This document shows, piece by piece, positions 36,093 to 45,655 of a stretch of 64,000 nt of DNA. Location: positions 207,860 through 271,859 of the forward strand of contig CBDBHR010000025.1 in the NCBI GenBank assembly GCA_965205865.1, given 5' to 3'. A program made the position numbers and the translations under genes. The stretch comes from a bacterium (GTDB lineage Bacteria > SAR324 > NAC60-12). Each line of letters starts with the position of its first letter. Position 1 is the stretch's first letter. The notes under the pieces are model-generated. The model searched no databases. It worked only from the letters and a program-made list of their open reading frames with translations, and was not told the origin of the DNA.

Positions 36093-36359
36093 ATGCTAAC
36101 CAAAGAAGCAAAGACGGAAATCAGCAAAAAATACGGTCTCAATGAAAACGACACGGGTTCTGCCGATGTACAAGTGGCCTTGCTGTCTTCCCGTATCCAT
36201 TATCTGACCACACATCTGCAACAAAAACCCAAAGATCATGATTCCCGCAGAGGACTCTTGAAACTGGTTGGACGTCGCCGCAGCTTTTTGAATTATATAA
36301 TGAAAAAAGACATGGAGCGTTACCGGGACATCATCAAGCGTTTAGGAATCCGCAAATAA
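36093..36359 (+). CDS. rpsO: 30S ribosomal protein S15
   Basis: [12 protein letters not shown] and [16 protein letters not shown]. Confidence 0.98.
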   Translation: MLTKEAKTEISKKYGLNENDTGSADVQVALLSSRIHYLTTHLQQKPKDHDSRRGLLKLVGRRRSFLNYIMKKDMERYRDIIKRLGIRK

Positions 36360-36380
36360 ACCCGCTCGGAGTAATACTCT

Positions 36381-38447
36381 ATGAAATTAATTGAAACAGA
36401 ATTTGGTGGCAGACCTTTTTCCATCGAAACAGGAAAAATGGCCAAGCAAGCCGGTGGTTCGGTGGTCGTCCGATATGGAGACACCGTAGTCCTGGTTACT
36501 GCCACTGCAGAAAAAGAAGCCGGAAAAGCACGTGATTTTTTTCCTCTCTCCGTCCATTATGTGGAAAAAGCCTATGCAACCGGGCGAATTCCAGGTGGAT
36601 TCTTCAAAAGAGAAGGTCGTTTGTCAGATCGAGAAACCTTGATTTCTCGTTTCATCGACCGCCCCCTGCGCCCTCTTTTTGACAAGCATTTCCTGGCTGA
36701 GACCGTTGTGCAGGCTACGGTCTTGAGTTCAGACCTGGTCAATAGGCCCGATGTGGCTGCCATGAACGGCGCATCGGCTGCTCTCCTACTCTCCGACATC
36801 CCATTCACCACACCCATTGCAGGAGTCCGTATCGGCTACATTGACGACGAATTCGTTGTCAATCCCGTGCCATCCGAATTGGAAAAAGGCGCATTGGATC
36901 TTTTGATTGCCGGCTCGAAAGATGCCATTTTGATGGTGGAAGGAGAAGCCAATCAGCTTTCTGAAGAACTGATGCTTGAAGCAATTCTTTTTGGCCATCA
37001 AGCCATTCAGCCTATCCTTGCCATCCAGCAAGAACTGGTGCGAGAGTGTGGAAGGCCCAAACGAACTGTAATTCCACCAGAAGAAAATGAGGAGCTTCAA
37101 GTCCGGGTTGAAAAATTCGCCCTTCCCAAAGTGCAGGAAGCCCTGAGAACCAAGGATAAATTGGAACGCTACGCCTTGATGGATACGATTGGGGCTGATG
37201 TCGTGGAAGCCTTGGGGGTGGAGGATGACCAAGAAAAACAGGAAATCGAGCAGATTCTTGCCTCATTAAAAAAACGAGAAATGCGAACCAAAATTTTAGA
37301 TGAAGGCGTTCGTATTGATGGACGATCCTTGACGGATATTCGGAATATTACCTGTGAAACCGGTGTCTTACCGCGGGCTCATGGTTCGGCATTGTTCACC
37401 CGGGGAGAAACCCAAGCCTTGGTCGTCACCACCCTGGGCACCAAAGAAGACGAACAAATGATCGACGCCCTGGATGGCATTTCCTTTAAAAACTTTCTCC
37501 TCCACTACAACTTTCCCGCCTTTTCTGTCGGTGAAGCCCGCCCTCCGCGCGGTCCGGGACGACGTGAAATCGGCCACGGGTTCCTGGCAGAAAAAGGAGT
37601 GACCCCAATTCTTCCGGAGCGTGAAGAATTTCCTTACACAATCCGGGTGGTTTCCGAAATATTGGAATCCAACGGATCTTCTTCCATGGCAACCGTCTGC
37701 GGTACTTCCTTAGCCATGATGGATGCCGGTGTACCACTGCGAGCGGCCACGGCGGGCATTGCAATGGGGTTGATCTATGAAGACGACCGCACCGCCATTC
37801 TCTCCGACATTTTGGGAGATGAAGATCATCTTGGAGACATGGATTTTAAAGTGGCAGGCACGGAAAACGGCATTACGGCCTTACAAATGGATATCAAAGT
37901 CACGGGCATTGACCGGGATATTATCGAAAGGGCGCTCTCCCAGGCAAAAGAAGGACGGCTCCACATCCTGGAAGTGATGAAAGAAGAGATCTCTTCTTCC
38001 CGGGAGGGCTTGTCCAGTTATGCCCCTCGCTTCGTCACGTACAAGATCCCGGTTGATAAGATCCGTGACGTCATTGGTCCTGGCGGCAAAGTGATCAAGC
38101 ACATCACGGAAAAAACCGGCGCAAAAATCAATGTCAATGACGATGGCATCATTTCTGTCGTCTCTACCGACCACCAGGCAGTGGATGAAGCCTTGGAGAT
38201 GATTCAAGATCTCACCCGTACTGCCGAAATCGGGACGGTGTACAAAGCAATGGTGGTCAAGGTCGTCGATTTTGGAGCCTTTGTGGAAATTTTTCCGGGC
38301 ACTCAAGGTCTGGTCCATATTTCCAATTTGGCTGAAGGACGCGTGAAAACGGTGAGCGAGGTTGTCCAGGAAGGTCAAGAAGTCCGCGTCCGTGCAATCG
38401 GGTTCGACCGTCGGGGTAAATTACAGCTTAGTATCAAGGATGTATGA
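36381..38447 (+). CDS. pnp: Polyribonucleotide nucleotidyltransferase
   Basis: IPGGFFKREG, RREIGHG, ESNGSSSMA, GDMDFKVAG, KH and S1 domains. Confidence 0.99.
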   Translation: MKLIETEFGGRPFSIETGKMAKQAGGSVVVRYGDTVVLVTATAEKEAGKARDFFPLSVHYVEKAYATGRIPGGFFKREGRLSDRETLISRFIDRPLRPLFDKHFLAETVVQATVLSSDLVNRPDVAAMNGASAALLLSDIPFTTPIAGVRIGYIDDEFVVNPVPSELEKGALDLLIAGSKDAILMVEGEANQLSEELMLEAILFGHQAIQPILAIQQELVRECGRPKRTVIPPEENEELQVRVEKFALPKVQEALRTKDKLERYALMDTIGADVVEALGVEDDQEKQEIEQILASLKKREMRTKILDEGVRIDGRSLTDIRNITCETGVLPRAHGSALFTRGETQALVVTTLGTKEDEQMIDALDGISFKNFLLHYNFPAFSVGEARPPRGPGRREIGHGFLAEKGVTPILPEREEFPYTIRVVSEILESNGSSSMATVCGTSLAMMDAGVPLRAATAGIAMGLIYEDDRTAILSDILGDEDHLGDMDFKVAGTENGITALQMDIKVTGIDRDIIERALSQAKEGRLHILEVMKEEISSSREGLSSYAPRFVTYKIPVDKIRDVIGPGGKVIKHITEKTGAKINVNDDGIISVVSTDHQAVDEALEMIQDLTRTAEIGTVYKAMVVKVVDFGAFVEIFPGTQGLVHISNLAEGRVKTVSEVVQEGQEVRVRAIGFDRRGKLQLSIKDV

Positions 38448-38511
38448 AAGCAAAAAGTGTAAATTCAGAGCCCGATTTCATTTACATCCGGATTGATTTT
38501 CCAAATTTACT

Positions 38512-38540
38512 TTGCAATCTCTTCCAACCTGTATTATATT
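38512..38540 (+). promoter_or_regulatory. Putative sigma70 promoter for ssrA
   Basis: TTGCAA-17 bp-TATATT. Confidence 0.45.
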
Positions 38541-38614
38541 GAAAAACACTCGCTTCGCCAGCAATCTTTTCTGCGGAAGAGATTTACTGGGGAAGCAATT
38601 TCCCTCCCAATAAT

Positions 38615-38992
38615 GGGGGTGTCTTGGCTTCGACTGCAAGCGGAAATAAAGTAAGCAAGCCGTGGTTGATACTCTGGGCCACGTAAAAAGGAGTATCTTT
38701 AAAATTAGCTGCAAACAACGCAGACTATCTTCCTGCAGATCTGGCACTTGCTGCCTAATCATTGAATGCAGGCGCTTTCAGGTGGGTTTGCCTGAGACGT
38801 ATTTGAAAGTGTCATAAAAATCAGGCTGGTTTACCTGAACCTCCGGCAGGTAAATAAGATCCCTGGAGGTGTTCCGATGTGAGGTGGTTCACTGCCAACA
38901 CCAGCGGCAAAAACGAGCAAAGTGGACTAAGCTTGTAGAAATCTTTATGGAACCTCTGTAGGACGCGGGTTCGATTCCCGCCACCTCCACCA
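38615..38992 (+). ncRNA. ssrA: tmRNA; tag (A)ANNADYLPADLALAA encoded at 38711-38758
   Basis: 5' GGGGGTG pairs with 3' CACCTCC-ACCA, T-arm GCGGGTTCGATTCCCGC, and a tag reading frame ending LALAA-stop. Confidence 0.97.
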
Positions 38993-39156
38993 ATTTTACG
39001 ACCCTTCCGGAACTTGTTAAAATCTCATGAAAGCTGGTATCCTGTCCCATCAATAAGTAGTATTATATACCGCTGGTATGCGCCGCTGGTTCACAGGATA
39101 TCGTATCTTCTTGGGTATCTTCAGACAAAGTTGTGATTTTAAATCGGAGATAAATT

Positions 39157-40212
39157 ATGAAAGCAGCAGTGACCACAGGAAAGTTACGTGAGATTACCCT
39201 GCAGGAAGTTCCCATACCCGAACTGCGACCGGGAAAAATATTGTTGAAGACCGCTTATTGTTCGGTGTGCGGTACCGATTTGGAATACCTGGACAATACC
39301 CTGGCCTACCGCAAAGGGGGGGCATTGCACGCCGGGGCTATTCTGGGACACGAGTATTCTGCCGTGGTCGCGGAGGTCGACGAGGGAGTAACGGGTTTTG
39401 AGGTAGGGGACCGGGTCACCGGCAGTGGGTTGTGGGACTATTGTGGCGAATGTTACTTTTGCCGTCGGGGTATGGTGCGGATGTGTTTGGGCAAAGAGCA
39501 TGAGCGCTCAGTATACACTCAGGTCCCTGAAGGGGGCTATGGCAACCGCAACGGCGCGATGGCAGAGTATATGCTGCGTTCGCCAAGTCAATTGATGAAG
39601 TTGCCGGACGAGGTGTCCGGTGTCGAAGGCAGCTTGATGGAACCCCTTATGGTAGCCACGGGGTCAGTCCAGGCAGCGGAGCTCACCATCGGAGACACAG
39701 TAGTGGTGATCGGCACCGGAAAAATTGGCCTGGGAGTGATAGGCGTTGCCAAAGCCTCCGGCGCATCGAGAGTGATTGGCGTGGACGTTCATGCAAACCG
39801 CTTGCGGACGGCCTTGCGGATGGGGGCTGACGTAGTGCTGAATCCGCAGAAAATCGATCTCGTCCCAGAGGTGGTGCGGATGACCGGCGCTGGCCCGGAT
39901 GTGGTGATTATATGCGTGCGTGATAGCCAGGTGTTGGACACTGCGGTGGACATGGTACGGCGTGGAGGTAAAATTGTCATTGTAGGGCAGATTCCGCCCA
40001 CCGAGGTCAATCCGGGTATGTGGCTTGTCAAGAAGTTGCGGATTGAGGCGGTGCTAGGGGGACCCCCATGGATTATTCCTCTGAATCTCGTTGCCAGTGG
40101 CCGAGTCGACCTCACCCCGATGATCTCCGAGGTGATTCCTCTGGCTGAGGTGCAGCGGGCATTTGATGATCTGTGGAGCGGAAAAAATGTTGTATCGATG
40201 CTGAAACCCTGA
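39157..40212 (+). CDS. Zinc-dependent alcohol dehydrogenase (threonine/sorbitol dehydrogenase-like)
   Basis: CGTD, GHE, CGECYFCRRG...C structural Zn site and GTGKIG. Confidence 0.92.
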   Translation: MKAAVTTGKLREITLQEVPIPELRPGKILLKTAYCSVCGTDLEYLDNTLAYRKGGALHAGAILGHEYSAVVAEVDEGVTGFEVGDRVTGSGLWDYCGECYFCRRGMVRMCLGKEHERSVYTQVPEGGYGNRNGAMAEYMLRSPSQLMKLPDEVSGVEGSLMEPLMVATGSVQAAELTIGDTVVVIGTGKIGLGVIGVAKASGASRVIGVDVHANRLRTALRMGADVVLNPQKIDLVPEVVRMTGAGPDVVIICVRDSQVLDTAVDMVRRGGKIVIVGQIPPTEVNPGMWLVKKLRIEAVLGGPPWIIPLNLVASGRVDLTPMISEVIPLAEVQRAFDDLWSGKNVVSMLKP

Positions 40213-40403
40213 ATGATGATAAATGCGCTTATGAAAATTCACCTTTCAACTCTCTCGTCTCCAATTCTATCCTGCCGGATGCATTTGCCGATTTTTCAGT
40301 AAAGCTTCACGTTTAATAAACTCACTGAACTGATCGACAAAACATCCGCTTGGCACCGGTTTCCTGGCGAAACCGCTGCCAGGATTTCCTCCTTTTTCGT
40401 ACT

Positions 40404-40905
40404 CTCTTTGTCATTATTTGCTCTGCCCAAATTTCCCTTCGATGGGGATTCGATCGAGTTCATCCCGGCAGACAAGACGCCGGTTTCTCAGAATCTGTTG
40501 ATGGTTTTCGGAAGTCGTTTCGAGTGGACGTCCGAGCAGATGGCGGCCCAGCCATGTTCTCTTGGCTTTGCGCCAGGCGCGGTTGGCTTTGGTACGTTAA
40601 CCTGAGTTCGACATAAATCTTCAATAATATGAGTATCCTCGTGTAAATGTCATCCTCGCGTAAATGTCATCCTCGCGAAAGCGGGGATCCAGACTTCAGT
40701 CTGGCTGCATATCTCCGGATTCCTGCTCCCTGCTTTCGCAGGGACAAGCTTCGCAGGAATGACAAGGTTTCTCTAAGATATGAAGATTCCATAACATATT
40801 GAATTTATTAAATTCTTATCTCGAAACCAGGTTACGTTAAATCTTGTCGACGTACGCCGATTGAAGATAATGAGCGTGGCGTTTGCGAATTGATTGCCTC
40901 AAACT
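40404..40905 (-). pseudogene. IS5-family transposase C-terminal remnant interrupted by a MITE
   Basis: With the MITE removed, the minus strand reads HYLQSAYVDKI*RTKANRAW...LGRP...DELDRIPIEGKFGQSK, matching the ADKIYRTRxNR...IEGKFGQGK pattern. Confidence 0.7.
40600..40832. mobile_element. MITE (IS982-like ends), copy 2
   Basis: ACCTGAGTTCGACATAA ... TTATCTCGAAACCAGGT, flanked by direct repeat TACGTTA; homologous to 18705-18921. Confidence 0.88.
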
Positions 40906-41086
40906 CCTGAGGGTTCCCGACCGATCGATTAAACGATAACGCCGGATTGTGGATCGAACGTTCGCCAACGTATTTATTCCCCAATAGCTCCTTTCGCTTT
41001 ATCCCTATCATAAAGGAGCGAATCTCCCTGATTCATGGATTTTTTATTTTTTTTTGCCAATCTCGCATTTATTTTACACCAGGGGT

Positions 41087-41115
41087 TTGACATTGCGTAG
41101 TAGTAGTGCTAGAAT
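41087..41115 (+). promoter_or_regulatory. Near-consensus sigma70 promoter upstream of SBP-1
   Basis: TTGACA-17 bp-TAGAAT; a degenerate paralogous copy lies near 50883-50909. Confidence 0.7.
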
Positions 41116-41147
41116 CATGCTTTCACTAAGTTGTTTTGGTGAAAGAC

Positions 41148-41259
41148 GAGGGTTGCCGCTCGATCGATTGAACAATATCGTGGGAGGGTTGCCGCTCGAT
41201 CGATTGAACAATATCGTGGGAGGGTTGCCGCTCGATCGATTGAACAATATCGTGGGAGG
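41148..41259. repeat. Three exact tandem copies of a 36-bp hairpin unit
   Basis: GAGGGTTGCCGCTCGATCGATTGAACAATATCGTGG x3 plus a final GAGG. Related units at 40909, 49699 and 50941. Confidence 0.95.
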
Positions 41260-41411
41260 ACTTGAAAACGATTGATCTTCCCTGGGAATCTTTTTTAACG
41301 ATATTTAACTAAACGGGTTTTTCAGAGACCTGAATAGTTACACTTCACGTTAACAAATCATATAAGGAGGTAGTTATGAAACGAAAATTATCTTTATCAA
41401 GCGAGGTTCCT

Positions 41412-43345
41412 ATGTATCTTAAGAAATTTCTGACCCTCTTGGTAGGGTTGATCGTGGCAGACGTCATGTCTGCCGCAAAAATTCGATTCGCCACGGAGTG
41501 GGTGAATCGATCTCGTCACTCTCAATTAAAAGAGGTTATTATGTATATGATAAAGAAACTTGTCTCCCCCGTCGTGGGGCTAACCCCGGCAGGCGCCTGG
41601 TCTGCTGCAAAAACGCAATCCTTTTTGCTCACCCTAACCCTGATGGTGGTAGCCATCTGGGTCAGCCCGGCCGTGGCGGCTGAGAAAATGATGGTCACAG
41701 ACCCCAGCACCGGCAAGGTGGTGACTGCGCCGGAGTATGGCGGGACCATCACCTTTGCCCGGACTACGACGGGTGAGCATCCGGATGCCTGGTACATTGG
41801 TGGTTTTGCCTACCATTACATCACTTTGGTTAATGAGAAGCTAGGCATCGGGGACTGGGGTATAGATAGGGACGTATTTGACTGGAGGACCTCTGCCCAA
41901 CCTCTATCTTTCTTTAAAGGCCACCTGGCTGAAAGCTGGGAAACGCCCGATCCTACAACGATCATCTTCCATATCCGCCAGGGCGTTCACTGGCACGACA
42001 AAGCCCCCTTGAATGGCAGAGCCTTGACGGCCCAGGATATCGAGTTCAACATCATCGCCTCTTGGGTATCGGCAGCGGCTTCAGCGAAGCCTCGCCGCAC
42101 GCCCGTTATGCGCTGACCAAGATGGCATCCGTGACAGCCACCGACCAAGGGACGGTTGTTTTCAAGCTGAAGGAGATAGACCTTAACGGTCTGGCTAAAA
42201 TCATCGACGGCTGGATTTCTTGTATCTACCCTCCGGAGGTCATCAAGCAACACGGCGACTATAAGGATTGGCGGAACGTGGTCGGCACCGGACCCTATGA
42301 GCTGACGGACGTTACCGAAGGCAGCTCGATAACCTGGACCAGGAATCCCGAGTACTGGGGCACCGACGAAAAATACCCACAGAACCGCTTGCCCTATGCT
42401 GACCAGATCAAAACCTTGATCCTGCCAGATCCGGCAACACGTCTGGCGACACTGCGCTCGGGTCGGATTGATCTGCTGGGGTCTGCCGGCGATACTCAAT
42501 TACGGTCGCTCGACCAGATAGAGAACCTTCGGAAGACCAACCCCGAATTCGAGCTGTGGCCGTTTAAGTCTCGGAACGACAACAGTTTTACTTACAATAA
42601 TGTGAACAACCCGCCCTTTAATGACATCCGGGTGCGCCAGGCGATGCAGATGGCTTTGGATCGAGAGACGATCGCGAACACCTACTTCAGGGGGTTTGCC
42701 GATCCGACCCCGCAGGGAATGATAGCCAGTGAGGTAAAAGGGATTGGCACGCCCTTTGATGAGTGGCCCGAAGCGCTCAAGAAAACCAATAGGTATGACC
42801 CGGAAGGGGCGAAGAAGCTTCTGGCTGAGGCGGGCTATCCCGATGGCTTCAAGGCCACCCTGGACTACCTCGACCGGTTCGATGCGAGTTATGCAGAACT
42901 GATCGCGGCCTACTGGCGTGCGATTGGCGTGGAGGTCCGGATAGAAATTGTGGATGTTGCGCGACACGTATCGCTCACTAAAAATAATAGTTCCGACGGA
43001 ATAGTTATGGGTTCAACTGCCCAAAGGGTTAATGCGATGGGTGCACTGAATTGGTTCGCTCTCACCGAGAACCCCACCGCTCAGAACGATCCGAAATTTA
43101 TCGCTCTGGTGGAGGCCGCCTCCGCTGCTACCACCCTCGAGGAGCAGGAGAGGATCCTCAAAGAGGCAGTCATGTACCATGCCGAACAGCACTGGCAGGT
43201 AGAGGGTCCCGAAGCCCCACAGTTCAATGCAACCCAGCCGTGGGTCAAAGGTTACAACGGCGAAATCAACTTAGGAAACGGGAACCATGCCGTCTTAGCC
43301 CGCCTTTGGATCGACCAGGATCTGAAGAAAGAAATGGGGTATTAG
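41412..43345 (+). pseudogene. Family 5 ABC solute-binding protein (SBP-1), 1-bp frameshift at 42050/42051
   Basis: APEYGG, LAESWE, GTGPY, DIRVRQAMQMA and QPWVKGYNGE. The expected EFN-YHRLLG is broken as TTCAAC^ATCATCGC. Confidence 0.88.
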
Positions 43346-43445
43346 GGGTTTTCACCCTGACTGACCTCAGGGAAAAGGGGGCTGGCAGACTTGAACTTCC
43401 CGGCTCCCTTACTCATTGAATCATGAGAGGAGGAGATTCTGTCCT

Positions 43446-43547
43446 AATAGACTTCCAGAAAATTATCTTGGCAGTAGGTGGGCGTCCCGCCCATCTGGAG
43501 CGGCGGGACGCTGCCTCTACCCCAAATTATTTTTCTGGAATACTATA
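43446..43547. repeat. GTAG-type REP doublet inside a short inverted-repeat element
   Basis: GTAGGTGGGCGTCCCGCC...GGCGGGACGCTGCCTCTAC (43474-43520) flanked by TTCCAGAAAA/TTTTCTGGAA. Confidence 0.65.
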
Positions 43548-43857
43548 AGTACAAGGACAACCTCTATCTAGGGCTCAAGACATTCCGGAAGCAATGGAGA
43601 CGGCAATGGCCCTCCCCTCTTCCAGGGTTCGTCGATGTCGTACAGAATCACACTGAGCATATCCTCAACGAGCATAATCCGGAGCCCAAAACATCCGGTG
43701 ACTATAGGTTCCACTGATTTAAGAACCTCTTCCGAGGTCTATTTCGATACTCATACAGGTCGTAAAGGGGTCAGGCCTTTGATTAATTGATTTAATTGTG
43801 TTTTGTTAAATTCTAAGGTTAGAATAGTTACAGACTCGAGAGCAACCGAGGGGAAAA

Positions 43858-43965
43858 ATGGCAAGAAAACGAAGAGTTCATTATCCTGGAGCGGTCTATC
43901 ATGTGGTGCTTCGTGGCAATGGGGGGCAGGGCATTTTTTTGATGATGATGATCGATTTTATTTTG
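43858..43965 (+). pseudogene. REP-associated tyrosine transposase (RAYT) N-terminal fragment
   Basis: MARKRRVHYPGAVYHVVLRGNGGQGIF, then (frameshifted) DDDDRFYF, then truncated. Confidence 0.8.
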
Positions 43966-44149
43966 GAGAATCGCCAAGGGGAAAGAGAGGAAACTCTCCA
44001 AAATACTCCGCTTGAGCGAAGCGAAAGTCGAGCCTCAACGAGAGAGCTTGCTCCGGGATAGTTTATTTGAAGAATGAAACGTCAAATGAAATAATCAAAG
44101 TCACCGTAAAGAACTGACTTATAGTGGTTTCCAGCCACCTTTCGTCATT

Positions 44150-44520
44150 CCTCCGGTACAGATCCGGACCTGCGCTGCTAACGCATCCGGCTCCTGCTTC
44201 GAGTCAGACGCTCAAACGTTGCCGTTTGGCGCACCCTGCTTAAACCGCTTTCTGATTTTACGGCCTCTGAGTTCCGAACACAGGAGGACAAGCAGAATTC
44301 CTCTCAGCCAAGTCCCTTTGCTCCACAGGCTCCGTTGATTTCCTTTGCATTATTACTCTCTACAAATGATCTCATTGTTCGCCGCTTCATCGCTACTACG
44401 AACTTGTCCGACTTCCTGAAGACGTAGATATCGGGGTTATTTATTAATTTTCCCGATCCGACTACCAATAGAATGTTGACAGTCGTCTTCAGGATCTCCC
44501 AGGTTCCGATGGTCTTGGAG
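44150..44520 (-). ncRNA. Group II intron remnant lacking the RT ORF and most of domain I
   Basis: Domain V-like GAGCCGGATGCG-TTAGCAG-CGCAGGTCCGGATC (44161-44193), with upstream intron-like motifs GGAACCTGGGAGATCC, GGAAGTCGGAC..GTAGTAGCGATGAAGC and GGAGCAAAGGG. Confidence 0.75.
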
Positions 44521-44955
44521 AGCCGGGAAGAATTGGCAGAAAAAATACCGCAATGGAAAGCCACTCTGGAGACGTTGGATTCCCCGGAGTCCGAAAAGAG
44601 GCATTTGAGAGAATTGTTAACCTATGCTATTGTAGAGAAGTTTTCTAAACTGACGAGAGAGGAGATAGAGAAGATGCTCAAACTGACCCCATTAGACGAA
44701 ACCGTCGCCGGAAAAGAACTGATCCAAATCGGAAAATCACAAGGTTTGCAAGAAGGTCGAGAAGAAGCTCTGGAAAAAGGTCGAAAAAAAGGTCTGTAAA
44801 AAGGTCGAGAAGAAGGGATACTGATTGGTCAAATCCACATGACTCAAAACCTTCTCAAACAAGAGAGGACTCCTCAAGAAGAGTTGATTCGAAAAAGGAA
44901 AGAAGAGTTACAAAGCCTGCTTCAACAGCTTCAATCTCAACTCAATCGCTCCTAA
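44520..44955 (+). pseudogene. Rpn/DUF2887-like protein C-terminal fragment with internal TAA
   Basis: KLTREEIEKML, LDETVAGKEL and EGREE/KGREEG repeats continuing past the stop at 44797-44799; 5' part absent. Confidence 0.7.
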
Positions 44956-45384
44956 AAAGTGAGCCATCCTTCGACAAAAGGAAGAACGATTTTCAATCTT
45001 GATCAAATGGTTCTCCTTTCAAAATGGTCACGGGATGAAGGCGCATCACGGAGTATTTGACCTCCTCCCTCGGGTGCTCCAGGAAAGCAAAGAGGGTTTC
45101 CCTGGTGGAAATGGTTTCCTCATCCGCTGCTTTTTCTTCCTTGGTAAGGCGCTGAGTTCAATTTGGTGAGGGGATGCCTTTTTGGAGAGAATCGTTGATT
45201 TTGAGAAAATTTGTCTATTCTGTCGAGTTTTTCTGCGGTGCCAATCGCAAAGTTCAGGCTTGTGAGGGGGAAGGCAAACAAGTCGCGGCCTTCATCAGGG
45301 CCTCTTGTTTTTCACAAGAGGGCCAACGATCAAAATAGGCCTTGACCCCTTCTGAGGTCTCAAAGAGGGTTAAAGAATTTCTGC

Positions 45385-45513
45385 TTGTCTTTCGTTTTCT
45401 TTTGTGATAGTTCTCGAGAAATCGTCTTTACCTGAAGGTTTTTCAAAATGGCTGATTGTCTTTCGTTTTCTTTTGTGATAGTTCTTGAGAAATCGTCTTT
45501 GCCTGAAGGTTTT
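45385..45513. repeat. ~58-bp imperfect direct repeat x2
   Basis: TTGTCTTTCGTTTTCTTTTGTGATAGTTCTyGAGAAATCGTCTTTrCCTGAAGGTTTT at 45385 and 45456. Confidence 0.85.
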
Positions 45514-45655
45514 ATTTCAATTTCGCTAATATTAATTTAGCCGAAAGTCATGTAAAACATCATATCATCACCAGAGGATTTTTAGAAACTGTCAACTGGG
45601 AATTGAAAAGTGCCGGATATTCTTAAAAAAACATATTGACTTACTTTTCTAGATA

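Noticed and set aside
41148-41259. CRISPR array (36-bp repeats)
   Set aside because: The units are directly adjacent with no spacers, and no cas genes are in the window.
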